Below are positions 20,017-26,683 of a stretch of 32,000 nucleotides of DNA, in pieces (positions within the stretch are counted from its first letter, which is position 1; the number at the start of each line of letters is the position of its first letter). This stretch comes from an uncultured Lentisphaeria bacterium. Its GTDB lineage: Bacteria; Verrucomicrobiota; Lentisphaeria; JABSQK01; JAJFLO01. The position numbers and the translations under genes were made by a program. The stretch is from NCBI GenBank assembly GCA_951812855.1, contig OX638337.1, forward strand, positions 150,001-182,000, read 5' to 3'. The notes beneath the pieces are model-generated. The model saw only the letters and a list, made by a program, of their open reading frames with translations. It ran no database searches and was not told the origin of the DNA.

Positions 20017-21066
20017 ATGCTGGATTCAACATCAGCTCCCTTCGACACGTGTATCGATGATATCTTATGTCGTAATCCAGATGACAGAAAAAAAGGTACT
20101 GTCATTGGATTTTCGAGAGATAATAGACCTGTTGAAGCATATTGTATAGGAGAAGGATCCCATCAGATTAGTTTAATAGGCGGCTGTCATGCCGATGAAC
20201 CCGTCGGGCCGAGATTACTGAAACATTTGGTAACCTATCTCCAATCCCTTTCATCTGACGATCCGTGGCTAACCCATTTTACCTGGTGGATTATTCCACA
20301 TACTAATCCTGACGGTGAAATCAAAAATAAGTTATGGTACACTGAAACCGATGAGCAATACGACTGCCTAAATTATTTCAAACACGTTATCAGAGAACCT
20401 CCCGGAGATGATATTGAATTTGCGTTCCCGAATAACTCACGGGATAATGATACCCGCCCTGAGAATATTGCGATTTATAATTGGTGGATGTCCGCACCTC
20501 ATCCATTCCATCTTCATGCGTCGCTTCATGGAATGGCGATCGGTGCCGGCCCCTGGTTCCTCGTCGAAAAAGAGTGGTGGCCGAGATGTCGACGGTTGCA
20601 AAAAATCTGTACGTCAAGAGTTGCTGAACTGGGCTATAAGCTGCACGATGTACAGCGTCATGGTGAAAAGGGTTTTTTTCGATTGGATAAAGGATTTTGT
20701 TCCCATCCGGATTCCCGGGCGATGCGTCAATATTTTATCAATCAGAATGATTTAGAGATGGCAGAAAAGTTTCGTCCCGGCTCAATGGAAACAATTCGTT
20801 CATTTGGCGGTGATCCGTTGACCCTGGTCAGTGAGATGCCGCTATTTATTATCCCGTCTGTATCCTCAGACCACACATTTATTCGAGAATGGAAAAAGAA
20901 AATTCATGATTGGTGTAAACACAAATCCGGGAATTCTCCAGACTGGGCAAAAGACATCTCAATAACCCCAATGCCCATTAAAGATCAAATGAAACTTCAA
21001 TGGACCTTTATCACCGGCGGAATTAATGTGATACTTGATCAAATCAGTGAATCAGGTCAAGAATGA
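20017..21066 (+). CDS. M14-family zinc carboxypeptidase-like protein (no signal peptide)
   Basis: Contains the 'GGCHADEPVG' (HxxE zinc motif) and 'IIPHTNPDGE' signatures of M14 peptidases. ATG 20017 is preferred because AAGGAG sits just upstream at 20008-20013. The track's GTG at 19987 has no RBS. Confidence 0.7.
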   Translation: MLDSTSAPFDTCIDDILCRNPDDRKKGTVIGFSRDNRPVEAYCIGEGSHQISLIGGCHADEPVGPRLLKHLVTYLQSLSSDDPWLTHFTWWIIPHTNPDGEIKNKLWYTETDEQYDCLNYFKHVIREPPGDDIEFAFPNNSRDNDTRPENIAIYNWWMSAPHPFHLHASLHGMAIGAGPWFLVEKEWWPRCRRLQKICTSRVAELGYKLHDVQRHGEKGFFRLDKGFCSHPDSRAMRQYFINQNDLEMAEKFRPGSMETIRSFGGDPLTLVSEMPLFIIPSVSSDHTFIREWKKKIHDWCKHKSGNSPDWAKDISITPMPIKDQMKLQWTFITGGINVILDQISESGQE

Positions 21067-21110
21067 GAGTGGTCGTTTATGAAGGTGCAGATTTCAAAAC
21101 AACAGGCAAG

Positions 21111-22028
21111 TTACAGATGGTTGTCTGCGGTCGCTTTTAATAGCTTTTCGTAGTGCTTCTTCCGTTCTGTATAGTCATCGACTTCATCGGTCTTATCCCG
21201 TTTCTCTGCCCCGATAATATAAATTCTTATTTTCTCAATAATCATTTTTAATGAACTCGTTCTGTATTTGAGGGATAAATTTGAATCATTTATTATTTTT
21301 TCCAGTGCCCGAATTCTGAAACGGTCCATTCCCCAATATTTTCGGGATAACTGATCATCATGCCCGCCCCGTTTAATAATCAGAGGTTCTTCAATATAAG
21401 AAACAGGATAATAAGCACAGATTCTAAGCCAGAGATCATAATCTTCACATGCAGGAAGGGATTCATCAAAATTACCGATAGAATCGAAAAGTGAGCGGTG
21501 AATGATAACCGAGGAAGGTGAAATAGCACAGAGTGGTAAACATTTATCGTAAATCCATCCCCGGTGTTTTTTATGTTTCTTCATTTGATTTATCCGTTTT
21601 TCATTCCGAATCCAAATTTCGTTTGTATGACAGAGTTTAATGTCCTGATTTTGATTAAGCTGCTCAACCTGCATTGCTAATTTTTTGGGTAACCATTCAT
21701 CATCAGAATCTAAAAAAGCCAACCATTTAGACTGTGCTTTAGACAGACCGAGATTTCGTGCTGCACTAACACCTTTATTTTCCTGATAAATGTACTTAAC
21801 CTGAGGATAGTCTCCTTTCACCAGCCCCTGAGTATTATCCGTGGAGCCATCGTCGATAACAATAATTTCATCGGGCTGCAGCGACTGCCCCAGAATAGAG
21901 GTTAGTGCCCTATCCAGAAAATCCGCTCGATTAAACGTCGGAATAATAACTGAAATGGATGAATCAATTGACATTAGATTTAACAGCCTGTTCTGGATTC
22001 GGTTGAATAAACTTGAAAGCCTCAACAC
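21111..22028 (-). CDS. family 2 glycosyltransferase
   Basis: 305 aa. GT-A N-terminus '[23 protein letters not shown]', 'IVIDDGSTD', 'DSDDEW' (DxD). The start is uncertain: GTG 22028 or ATG 21974. Confidence 0.8.
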   Translation of the reverse strand: MLRLSSLFNRIQNRLLNLMSIDSSISVIIPTFNRADFLDRALTSILGQSLQPDEIIVIDDGSTDNTQGLVKGDYPQVKYIYQENKGVSAARNLGLSKAQSKWLAFLDSDDEWLPKKLAMQVEQLNQNQDIKLCHTNEIWIRNEKRINQMKKHKKHRGWIYDKCLPLCAISPSSVIIHRSLFDSIGNFDESLPACEDYDLWLRICAYYPVSYIEEPLIIKRGGHDDQLSRKYWGMDRFRIRALEKIINDSNLSLKYRTSSLKMIIEKIRIYIIGAEKRDKTDEVDDYTERKKHYEKLLKATADNHL

Positions 22029-22076
22029 AAACCCCTATTCTGTCGATTTCATAATTTAGTAAATACAGGAGTAATT

Positions 22077-22313
22077 TTGAAACTCTCCGTTATTGTCCCG
22101 GTTTATAATGAAGTTAATACCGTCCTCGATGTTATCGAGAAGATAGAATCGGTCTGTATTGACAAAGAAATTATAATTGTCAACGACTGCTCAACGGATG
22201 GAACAAAAGAAAAATTAGATACATTGGCAGACAAAGATCATATCAAAATTTTGCATTATAAAACTAAGGATACCCCTTTGAAAATACCTTTGAAAATATT
22301 TTCCGTTGAATAG
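22077..22313 (+). pseudogene. 3'-truncated family 2 glycosyltransferase (only ~61 authentic codons)
   Basis: TTG start with AGGAG 5 nt upstream. '[23 protein letters not shown]...[12 protein letters not shown]' is a GT2 N-terminus. Homology stops at about 22257, where repeat copy A begins. The remaining codons ('[17 protein letters not shown]') are read out of the repeat. Confidence 0.75.
22258..22298 (+). repeat. island repeat copy A: 29-nt core plus one extra CCTTTGAAAATA unit
   Basis: ATAAAACTAAGGATACCCCTTTGAAAATA at 22258-22286 is identical to copy B and differs from copy C at 1 nt. It is followed by CCTTTGAAAATA at 22287-22298. Confidence 0.9.
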
Positions 22314-22413
22314 GCATAACCCTCTCTACGTAAAGTAATGCACATTTCATCTGCGATAGTATTCATTAAAACCACTTATTTTAAGGACTGATTAGCTTCA
22401 TAATACAATATAA

Positions 22414-22428
22414 TCTGTCAATTTGACA
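22414..22428. promoter_or_regulatory. perfect 7+1+7 palindrome CTGTCAAtTTGACAG overlapping a consensus -35 (TTGACA)
   Basis: Read directly from the sequence. TTGACA (22422-22427) is followed after 18 nt by TATGAA. It lies about 180 nt upstream of the first gene of the AT-rich module. Operator and promoter function are inferred only. Confidence 0.3.
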
Positions 22429-22491
22429 GGTTTAGGTTTAACCCAATATGAAAGCAATAATGCCTGAAAATAAGTTCAATATAAAATAGCA

Positions 22492-22503
22492 GGGCAAATT
22501 TGC
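22492..22503. promoter_or_regulatory. perfect 12-bp palindrome GGCAAATTTGCC just downstream of a TATAAAAT box
   Basis: Read directly. The TATAAAAT box lies at 22479-22486. Function is unknown. Confidence 0.25.
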
Positions 22504-22574
22504 CTAACAATGGGTTCCAAGGGAGGCTCAAGTTCTATAATTCAACAGAGAATTAAAGGCATCTTAAATCCAAC

Positions 22575-22592
22575 AATAATAATAATAATAAT
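22575..22592. repeat. (AAT)6 microsatellite abutting the Shine-Dalgarno of ORF 22607
   Basis: aataataataataataat is followed directly by TAAGGAGAG and then ATG at 22607. Confidence 0.9.
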
Positions 22593-22606
22593 TAAGGAGA
22601 GAAGAT

Positions 22607-23080
22607 ATGAAGAAGTTATATTTATTACCCCTTATAACAATTTTATTAAGTGGCTGTGAGCCAGCACCGCTTAAAATCGATCATAAAACACTTAAAAGAG
22701 ATGTTTCAATTTATTCCGGTCGTTTAGATGTCGACGTAAAGGTTAAATTTATGGGTAGTCAGGCTCTCTACAATCTTCATTTAAAGCCGGTTATAACATC
22801 CAATTTGAAGGATGGAAAAACAGAAGTTGATAAATCAAACCTGACATGGTTTGAAGAACAGATAAAAGATTATGATTCATATAAGGCTGTCTTTATACAA
22901 CTTAAAGATGTTGATGGATTTAAGCTCGCAGAAGAAGAAGTCAGAGTCTCTGAAGGTGGTGTAAGAATTCTTGACTCTGACTCTGAAGCTGAGTCTTACA
23001 TCTATGAAGGCACGTTCAGTGTTGATCCAGAAATTGTTCAGTTTGCCTCATACATAGAAATTGTATGGAATCTAAAGTAA
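22607..23080 (+). CDS. hypothetical lipoprotein
   Basis: 157 aa with a strong Shine-Dalgarno (AAGGAGAG). The signal 'MKKLYLLPLITILLSG|C' has a canonical lipobox. The mature part has no domain I recognise. Confidence 0.7.
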   Translation: MKKLYLLPLITILLSGCEPAPLKIDHKTLKRDVSIYSGRLDVDVKVKFMGSQALYNLHLKPVITSNLKDGKTEVDKSNLTWFEEQIKDYDSYKAVFIQLKDVDGFKLAEEEVRVSEGGVRILDSDSEAESYIYEGTFSVDPEIVQFASYIEIVWNLK

Positions 23081-23148
23081 GTGCCTAACGCCCCTACTGT
23101 GAAAATCATATACAAATGAAAATAAATCTAATAAAAAAAGGAGACGTA

Positions 23149-23760
23149 ATGAAAATAAATCTAATATCTATATTATTTCTTTTAATATCATCACAGCTAT
23201 ATGCAGCTGATCCATTGAGTTTCCGAGTAGGGTTTGTTGTTGAGGCTGAAGACAGCATTAAAGGGAGAATAGAGAGCTATATATCCAGAGAGTTACGATC
23301 GCTTGGTGATGTAATTCAATCAAAAGAAAATTATGATTATTTCTTATCGATTATAGCTCTAAAGTTACGAACAGAAAGTGGATACGATACAGGAGTAGCT
23401 CTATCAATCACGATAGTTTCGAAGTTTGAGAATAAGCATATGTCCTTCATACTCGAAGATCTCAAAGATGAGGATAAGTCAATAGCCATGGAGTTTACAT
23501 CAAATCTATATTATTACCCATATCACTGGCTTCAAAAAGGGTCGAATGAAGATCTGCAATCAATGTGCAAAGATATCGTCGCCGACTTTGATATTAAGTT
23601 TTTACAGAGTTATAGAGATATCTATCAAATAATACTGGATAATAAGAATAAGATTCGAGGTCTGGATGAAAATGAAATAAAAAAGTTGAAAAATACGATA
23701 CTGAAATATGGGAATAAGAGTGCAACAAAAGTATTTTTAAACACGCTTAAATCCAAATAA
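23149..23760 (+). CDS. hypothetical secreted/periplasmic protein
   Basis: 203 aa counted from ATG 23149, which has AAGGAG at 23138-23143. Signal peptide 'MKINLISILFLLISSQLYA|ADP'. No recognisable domain. The track's start at 23116 is an 18-nt duplicate of the true start region. Confidence 0.65.
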   Translation: MKINLISILFLLISSQLYAADPLSFRVGFVVEAEDSIKGRIESYISRELRSLGDVIQSKENYDYFLSIIALKLRTESGYDTGVALSITIVSKFENKHMSFILEDLKDEDKSIAMEFTSNLYYYPYHWLQKGSNEDLQSMCKDIVADFDIKFLQSYRDIYQIILDNKNKIRGLDENEIKKLKNTILKYGNKSATKVFLNTLKSK

Positions 23761-23778
23761 TAATGAAAGGAGAGAGAA

Positions 23779-24507
23779 ATGCAAAAAACACAAAGGGAAA
23801 ACAAAAAAGAGAAAGGATATGTGTATATATTGACAAATCCAAGTTTCCGTGAAGATTGGATTAAAATTGGTAAATCATTGAGAGAAGTTGATGTTAGATC
23901 AAGAGAATTAGATAATACTGCAGTTCCATTACCATTTGAAATTTTTGCCACTCTAAGAACAGAAAAATATGAGAAGGTTGAAAGAAATTTGCATAAAATT
24001 TTTACAGATTTAGCTGATATAAGGATTCGCAAGAATAGAGAGTTTTTTAATATAACACCAGAAGAAGCACTTGAGTATTTAAAAAATATAGCAGATCTTA
24101 TTGATGATGTTGATGGTGTAAAATTAAATGCTCCTGATGATGAAATTGAAACAAATGATGGGAAAAAACCAACCTACAAAGGTAAATACAACGTTAATAC
24201 TGATGAAATTTTTTATTTTGCAAAAGATACGACTGACGCTAAAATGAAGATTATTGATGGAAACAGATATATTGTTTTGGCAGGTTCCAAAATTGACTCA
24301 AAAATTTATAGTAATGGAGATTTTGTAAAAAAACTAAGAGAAGAGAACGCTAGTAGCCTTGATGGTGAAAAAACAACTTCTGATATAGAATTTACTTCAC
24401 CTTCAGCAGCTGGTAGTTTTGTTAAGGGTGGTTCAACAAACGGAAAATATTATTGGCGAACAAAGGATAATAAAAAACTTGATGACTTTATTGAATATAT
24501 ACAATAG
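23779..24507 (+). CDS. GIY-YIG superfamily (T5orf172/MUG113-like) domain protein with C-terminal DUF4357-like domain
   Basis: 242 aa with Shine-Dalgarno AAAGGAGAG. N-terminus 'GYVYILTNPSFREDWIKIGKS...R..EL......PF.....L........E..LH..F...R....REFF' fits T5orf172. C-terminus 'IVLAGSKI...DIEFTSPSAAGSFVKGGSTNGKYYWRTKD' fits the DUF4357 pattern (F.SPS.AA...G...NG...W). Confidence 0.7.
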   Translation: MQKTQRENKKEKGYVYILTNPSFREDWIKIGKSLREVDVRSRELDNTAVPLPFEIFATLRTEKYEKVERNLHKIFTDLADIRIRKNREFFNITPEEALEYLKNIADLIDDVDGVKLNAPDDEIETNDGKKPTYKGKYNVNTDEIFYFAKDTTDAKMKIIDGNRYIVLAGSKIDSKIYSNGDFVKKLREENASSLDGEKTTSDIEFTSPSAAGSFVKGGSTNGKYYWRTKDNKKLDDFIEYIQ

Positions 24508-24632
24508 TATTATTATATCCGGTCAAAGTTATTGTAGCAGTTTGCTTTTGCATATTTAAAGTGATTAAAAATTTAGAATTTTGATTGTGGACAGCTGTGC
24601 TTTTTCGGTTTTTTTTCGGCTATAATATATAT

Positions 24633-24661
24633 ATAAAACTAAGGATACCCCTTTGAAAATA
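24633..24661 (+). repeat. island repeat copy B (29-nt core only)
   Basis: ATAAAACTAAGGATACCCCTTTGAAAATA. It is preceded by TATAAT plus an (AT)n run at 24621-24634. Confidence 0.9.
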
Positions 24662-24856
24662 TTATGCCTTCCTTCGCCAGCATCCCAACCCCCAAAGTAT
24701 ATTTCAGTAAGAATGTTTCAGGCGGGTCTGTTAGATTATTCAAGAATGATTTTCACTTTCCAAAATATACCTTATACTAAAGAACACCCAGTTGGGGTTT
24801 TTTGCCGATGCTGACAGAAAAACCAGGCAGTTTCTGCAATCATCCCATAAGTTTTC

Positions 24857-24867
24857 AAAACTAAGGA
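24857..24867 (+). repeat. left-half copy of the island repeat (AAAACTAAGGA) forming the upp' leader/RBS
   Basis: An 11-nt exact match to the left half of the core, 6 nt upstream of the upp' ATG at 24874. Confidence 0.5.
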
Positions 24868-24873
24868 ACGGCT

Positions 24874-25065
24874 ATGTCATTTTCTCCTTTTATCCAAGTT
24901 GATCATCCTTTGGTGCAAAACAAATTGACGACCATGCGACATCAAGAAACCCCCACCGGAAATTTTCCGGGCACGGTGGAACGAAATTTCACTTCTGATG
25001 GGATATAAAGTGACCCGCGACATCGCACTTTCACATGAAAGGATCGAAACGCCTTTAACGGGGCT
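24874..25065 (+). pseudogene. upp: uracil phosphoribosyltransferase 5' fragment, frameshifted and truncated
   Basis: From ATG 24874 the frame reads 'MSFSPFIQVDHPLVQNKLTTMRHQETPTGNF'. After a +1 shift near ttttCCGGG the next frame reads 'RARWNEISLLMGYKVTRDIALSHERIETPL'. Together these track the B. subtilis Upp N-terminus ('[54 protein letters not shown]'). The homology ends at about 25065, and the rest of upp is absent from the window. Confidence 0.7.
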
Positions 25066-25786
25066 GAGCACCAACTGCTTTCACTGTGGCGATACATTGT
25101 CCTTAATGGAGCAGATACCGGCTCAGTCAATTGATCTGGTTGTTACCTCGCCGCCTTACAACCTCAGGCAGTCATCCGGTAACGGAATGAAAAACGGTAA
25201 CGGTGGAAAATGGCCAAAGGCGAAGCTGATCGAGGGCTACGAAGCACATAACGACTGTATGCCGCATGATGAGTATGTTGCCTGGCAGCGAAAATGCCTA
25301 ACGGCAATGATGCGTCTGATTAAGCCGACTGGTGCAATCTTTTACAACCACAAATGGCGCGTACAGAAAGGCTTGCTACAGGACAGAGCAGACATTTTAG
25401 AAGGTTTTCCCGTTCGTCAAATCATCGTCTGGCAACGTAAAGGTGGTATCAACTTCAACCCCGGTTATTTTCTGCCAACGTATGAGGTTATCTATCTCAT
25501 TGCGAAGCCCGATTTTAAGCTTGCGCCAAAGGCTAATGCGGTTGGGGATGTCTGGGAAATCCCACAAGAATCCAACAATCCTCATCCGGCACCGTTCCCA
25601 ACAGAACTTGCGCAGCGGTGTATAGGCTCGACAGATGCCGAAGTGGTGCTGGACCCCTTTATGGGGTCAGGAACCACCGCTATTGCGGCGGAGTCCGAAG
25701 GGCGTGCGTGGATTGGCATCGAGAAAAGCAAAGACTATTGCCGGTTGGCCAAAGAGAGAATGGCCGTCTACAGGGAGCAACAATGA
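24998..25786 (+). CDS. beta-class DNA methyltransferase (SPPY type, probable N4-cytosine) of an MvaI/BcnI-type R-M system; the first ~24 codons are upp-derived
   Basis: Motif IV 'VVTSPPYN' precedes motif I 'VVLDPFMGSGTTAIAA', which is the beta-class order. The conserved N-terminal 'FHCGDTLSLMEQIP' has only one in-frame ATG upstream of it, at 24998 inside the upp' fragment. The stop overlaps the REase ATG (ATGA). Confidence 0.85.
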   Translation: MGYKVTRDIALSHERIETPLTGLSTNCFHCGDTLSLMEQIPAQSIDLVVTSPPYNLRQSSGNGMKNGNGGKWPKAKLIEGYEAHNDCMPHDEYVAWQRKCLTAMMRLIKPTGAIFYNHKWRVQKGLLQDRADILEGFPVRQIIVWQRKGGINFNPGYFLPTYEVIYLIAKPDFKLAPKANAVGDVWEIPQESNNPHPAPFPTELAQRCIGSTDAEVVLDPFMGSGTTAIAAESEGRAWIGIEKSKDYCRLAKERMAVYREQQ

Positions 25787-26451
25787 TTACCACAAAACAA
25801 TTGTTTGAGGAGATAAGAGGCCTTTGCGACAGTGGTTGGTATGATCTGCCAAAGACCGGCGCGGGGGCACCAGGAGACTTGCTGGAGAACATTCTTGGAT
25901 TGAAAACGACAAACCACGATGGGCCTGATGCTGGTTTGTGGGAACTCAAGTTTAGTCGAGGTAATTCCCTTTTAACGTTGTGCCATAAAACACCACGACC
26001 TCGCGGCATCATCAAGTACGTTATCAATAGGCATGGGTGGATAGGTAAGAATGGGCGCAAGGGGTTTCGCCATACCATTGAAGGTGAGTCAGGCAGAGGG
26101 TTCAATATAGTCTACGATTCTGGCTCCATCTGGGTACGTCATCAGGATGATATGTCCCCTGTTCCTCATTGGACAGAAGAAGACTTGACGAATGCTATCG
26201 TCTCAAAACTGCGCCGATTGGTTTATGTGACAGGAACAGTGAAATCAGGACAAGTGAGGTATGAGAAAGCCGTTGCTTTTGAGAACATCAAAACGTCTCG
26301 TCTCATGAAGGCGATTGCAGATGGCTTAATACTCGTGGACTTTGATGCCTATATCAAGGATTCAGGGGCAGTGCGCGACCACGGCACTAAGTTTAGAGTG
26401 CGGCCAGAAAACCTCGGGAAGCTCTATGTTGAATCCACTAAAATAGTTTAG
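25783..26451 (+). CDS. type IIP restriction endonuclease, MvaI/BcnI family (PD-(D/E)XK)
   Basis: 222 aa counted from ATG 25783, which has AGGGAG 5 nt upstream. 'GPDAGLWELKF' gives PD-x5-ExK, and 'DGLILVDFDAYIKDSGAVRDHGTKFRVRPENLGKLY' parallels the BcnI C-terminus as I recall it ('DGVLVMDL...GPHDRGPHLRIPISKLDKLY'). The track's alternative start at 25618 lies inside the MTase gene and is rejected. Confidence 0.72.
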   Translation: MITTKQLFEEIRGLCDSGWYDLPKTGAGAPGDLLENILGLKTTNHDGPDAGLWELKFSRGNSLLTLCHKTPRPRGIIKYVINRHGWIGKNGRKGFRHTIEGESGRGFNIVYDSGSIWVRHQDDMSPVPHWTEEDLTNAIVSKLRRLVYVTGTVKSGQVRYEKAVAFENIKTSRLMKAIADGLILVDFDAYIKDSGAVRDHGTKFRVRPENLGKLYVESTKIV

Positions 26452-26630
26452 GGGTGTCAAGTATATCATTCCCATAGATTGAAATTTAAACGAATAAGGA
26501 TTATTGCTGTTTATACCTTTTGTTTGGGGGTGATCCGGACTATACTTTCAGGAACTCGTTGATTGAAAGTACCGAGGAGTTGTGTAGCATCTAAGGCGGT
26601 TGAACTTCAACGAGGATCAGAACCTGAAGG

Positions 26631-26683
26631 ATAAAACTAAGGACACCCCTTTGAAAATACCCCTTTGAAAATATTTGAAAATA
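26631..26683 (+). repeat. island repeat copy C: 29-nt core (1 mismatch) plus CCCCTTTGAAAATA plus TTTGAAAATA
   Basis: ATAAAACTAAGGACACCCCTTTGAAAATA lies at 26631-26659, followed by two further TTTGAAAATA-containing units. That gives 3 units here, against 2 in copy A and 1 in copy B. Confidence 0.9.

Noticed and set aside
22256-22366. A minus-strand 37-codon ORF '[36 protein letters not shown]' as a truncated XRE-type regulator gene.
   Set aside because: Only about 23 codons lie outside the repeat. There is no convincing RBS, and the resemblance to HTH N-termini is impressionistic. It is mentioned in a finding but not annotated.
24802-24822. CACCCAGTTGGGGTTTTTT as an intrinsic terminator upstream of upp'.
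   Set aside because: The stem is only about 3-4 bp with a tight loop. That is too weak to call.
25618-25782. The upstream extension of the endonuclease ORF (track start 25618), and the antisense or alternative-frame ORFs in the R-M segment (24877-25074, 24942-25130, 25397-25585, 25443-25625, 25680-26105).
   Set aside because: The extension lies wholly inside the MTase gene in another frame. ATG 25783 has an AGGGAG Shine-Dalgarno and overlaps the MTase stop (ATGA). Long spurious ORFs are expected in this GC-richer segment.
26599-26611. The palindrome GTTGAAcTTCAAC, and a nearby CTAAGG hexamer (26591-26596), as a further repeat copy or a recombinase site next to repeat C.
   Set aside because: It is a single occurrence. 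The hexamer match is too short to distinguish from chance, and no equivalent dyad lies next to copies A or B.
22258-26683. Whether the three repeats are a CRISPR array or integron attC sites.
   Set aside because: - **Not CRISPR.** Spacing is about 2-2.4 kb and the intervals contain whole genes.
- **Not attC.** The 29-mer lacks the imperfect inverted-repeat (R''-L''/L'-R') structure, has no GTTRRRY core, and no intI is present.
- **Weak hairpin only.** The sole self-complementarity is CTAAGG/CCTTTG, 6 bp with one mismatch.
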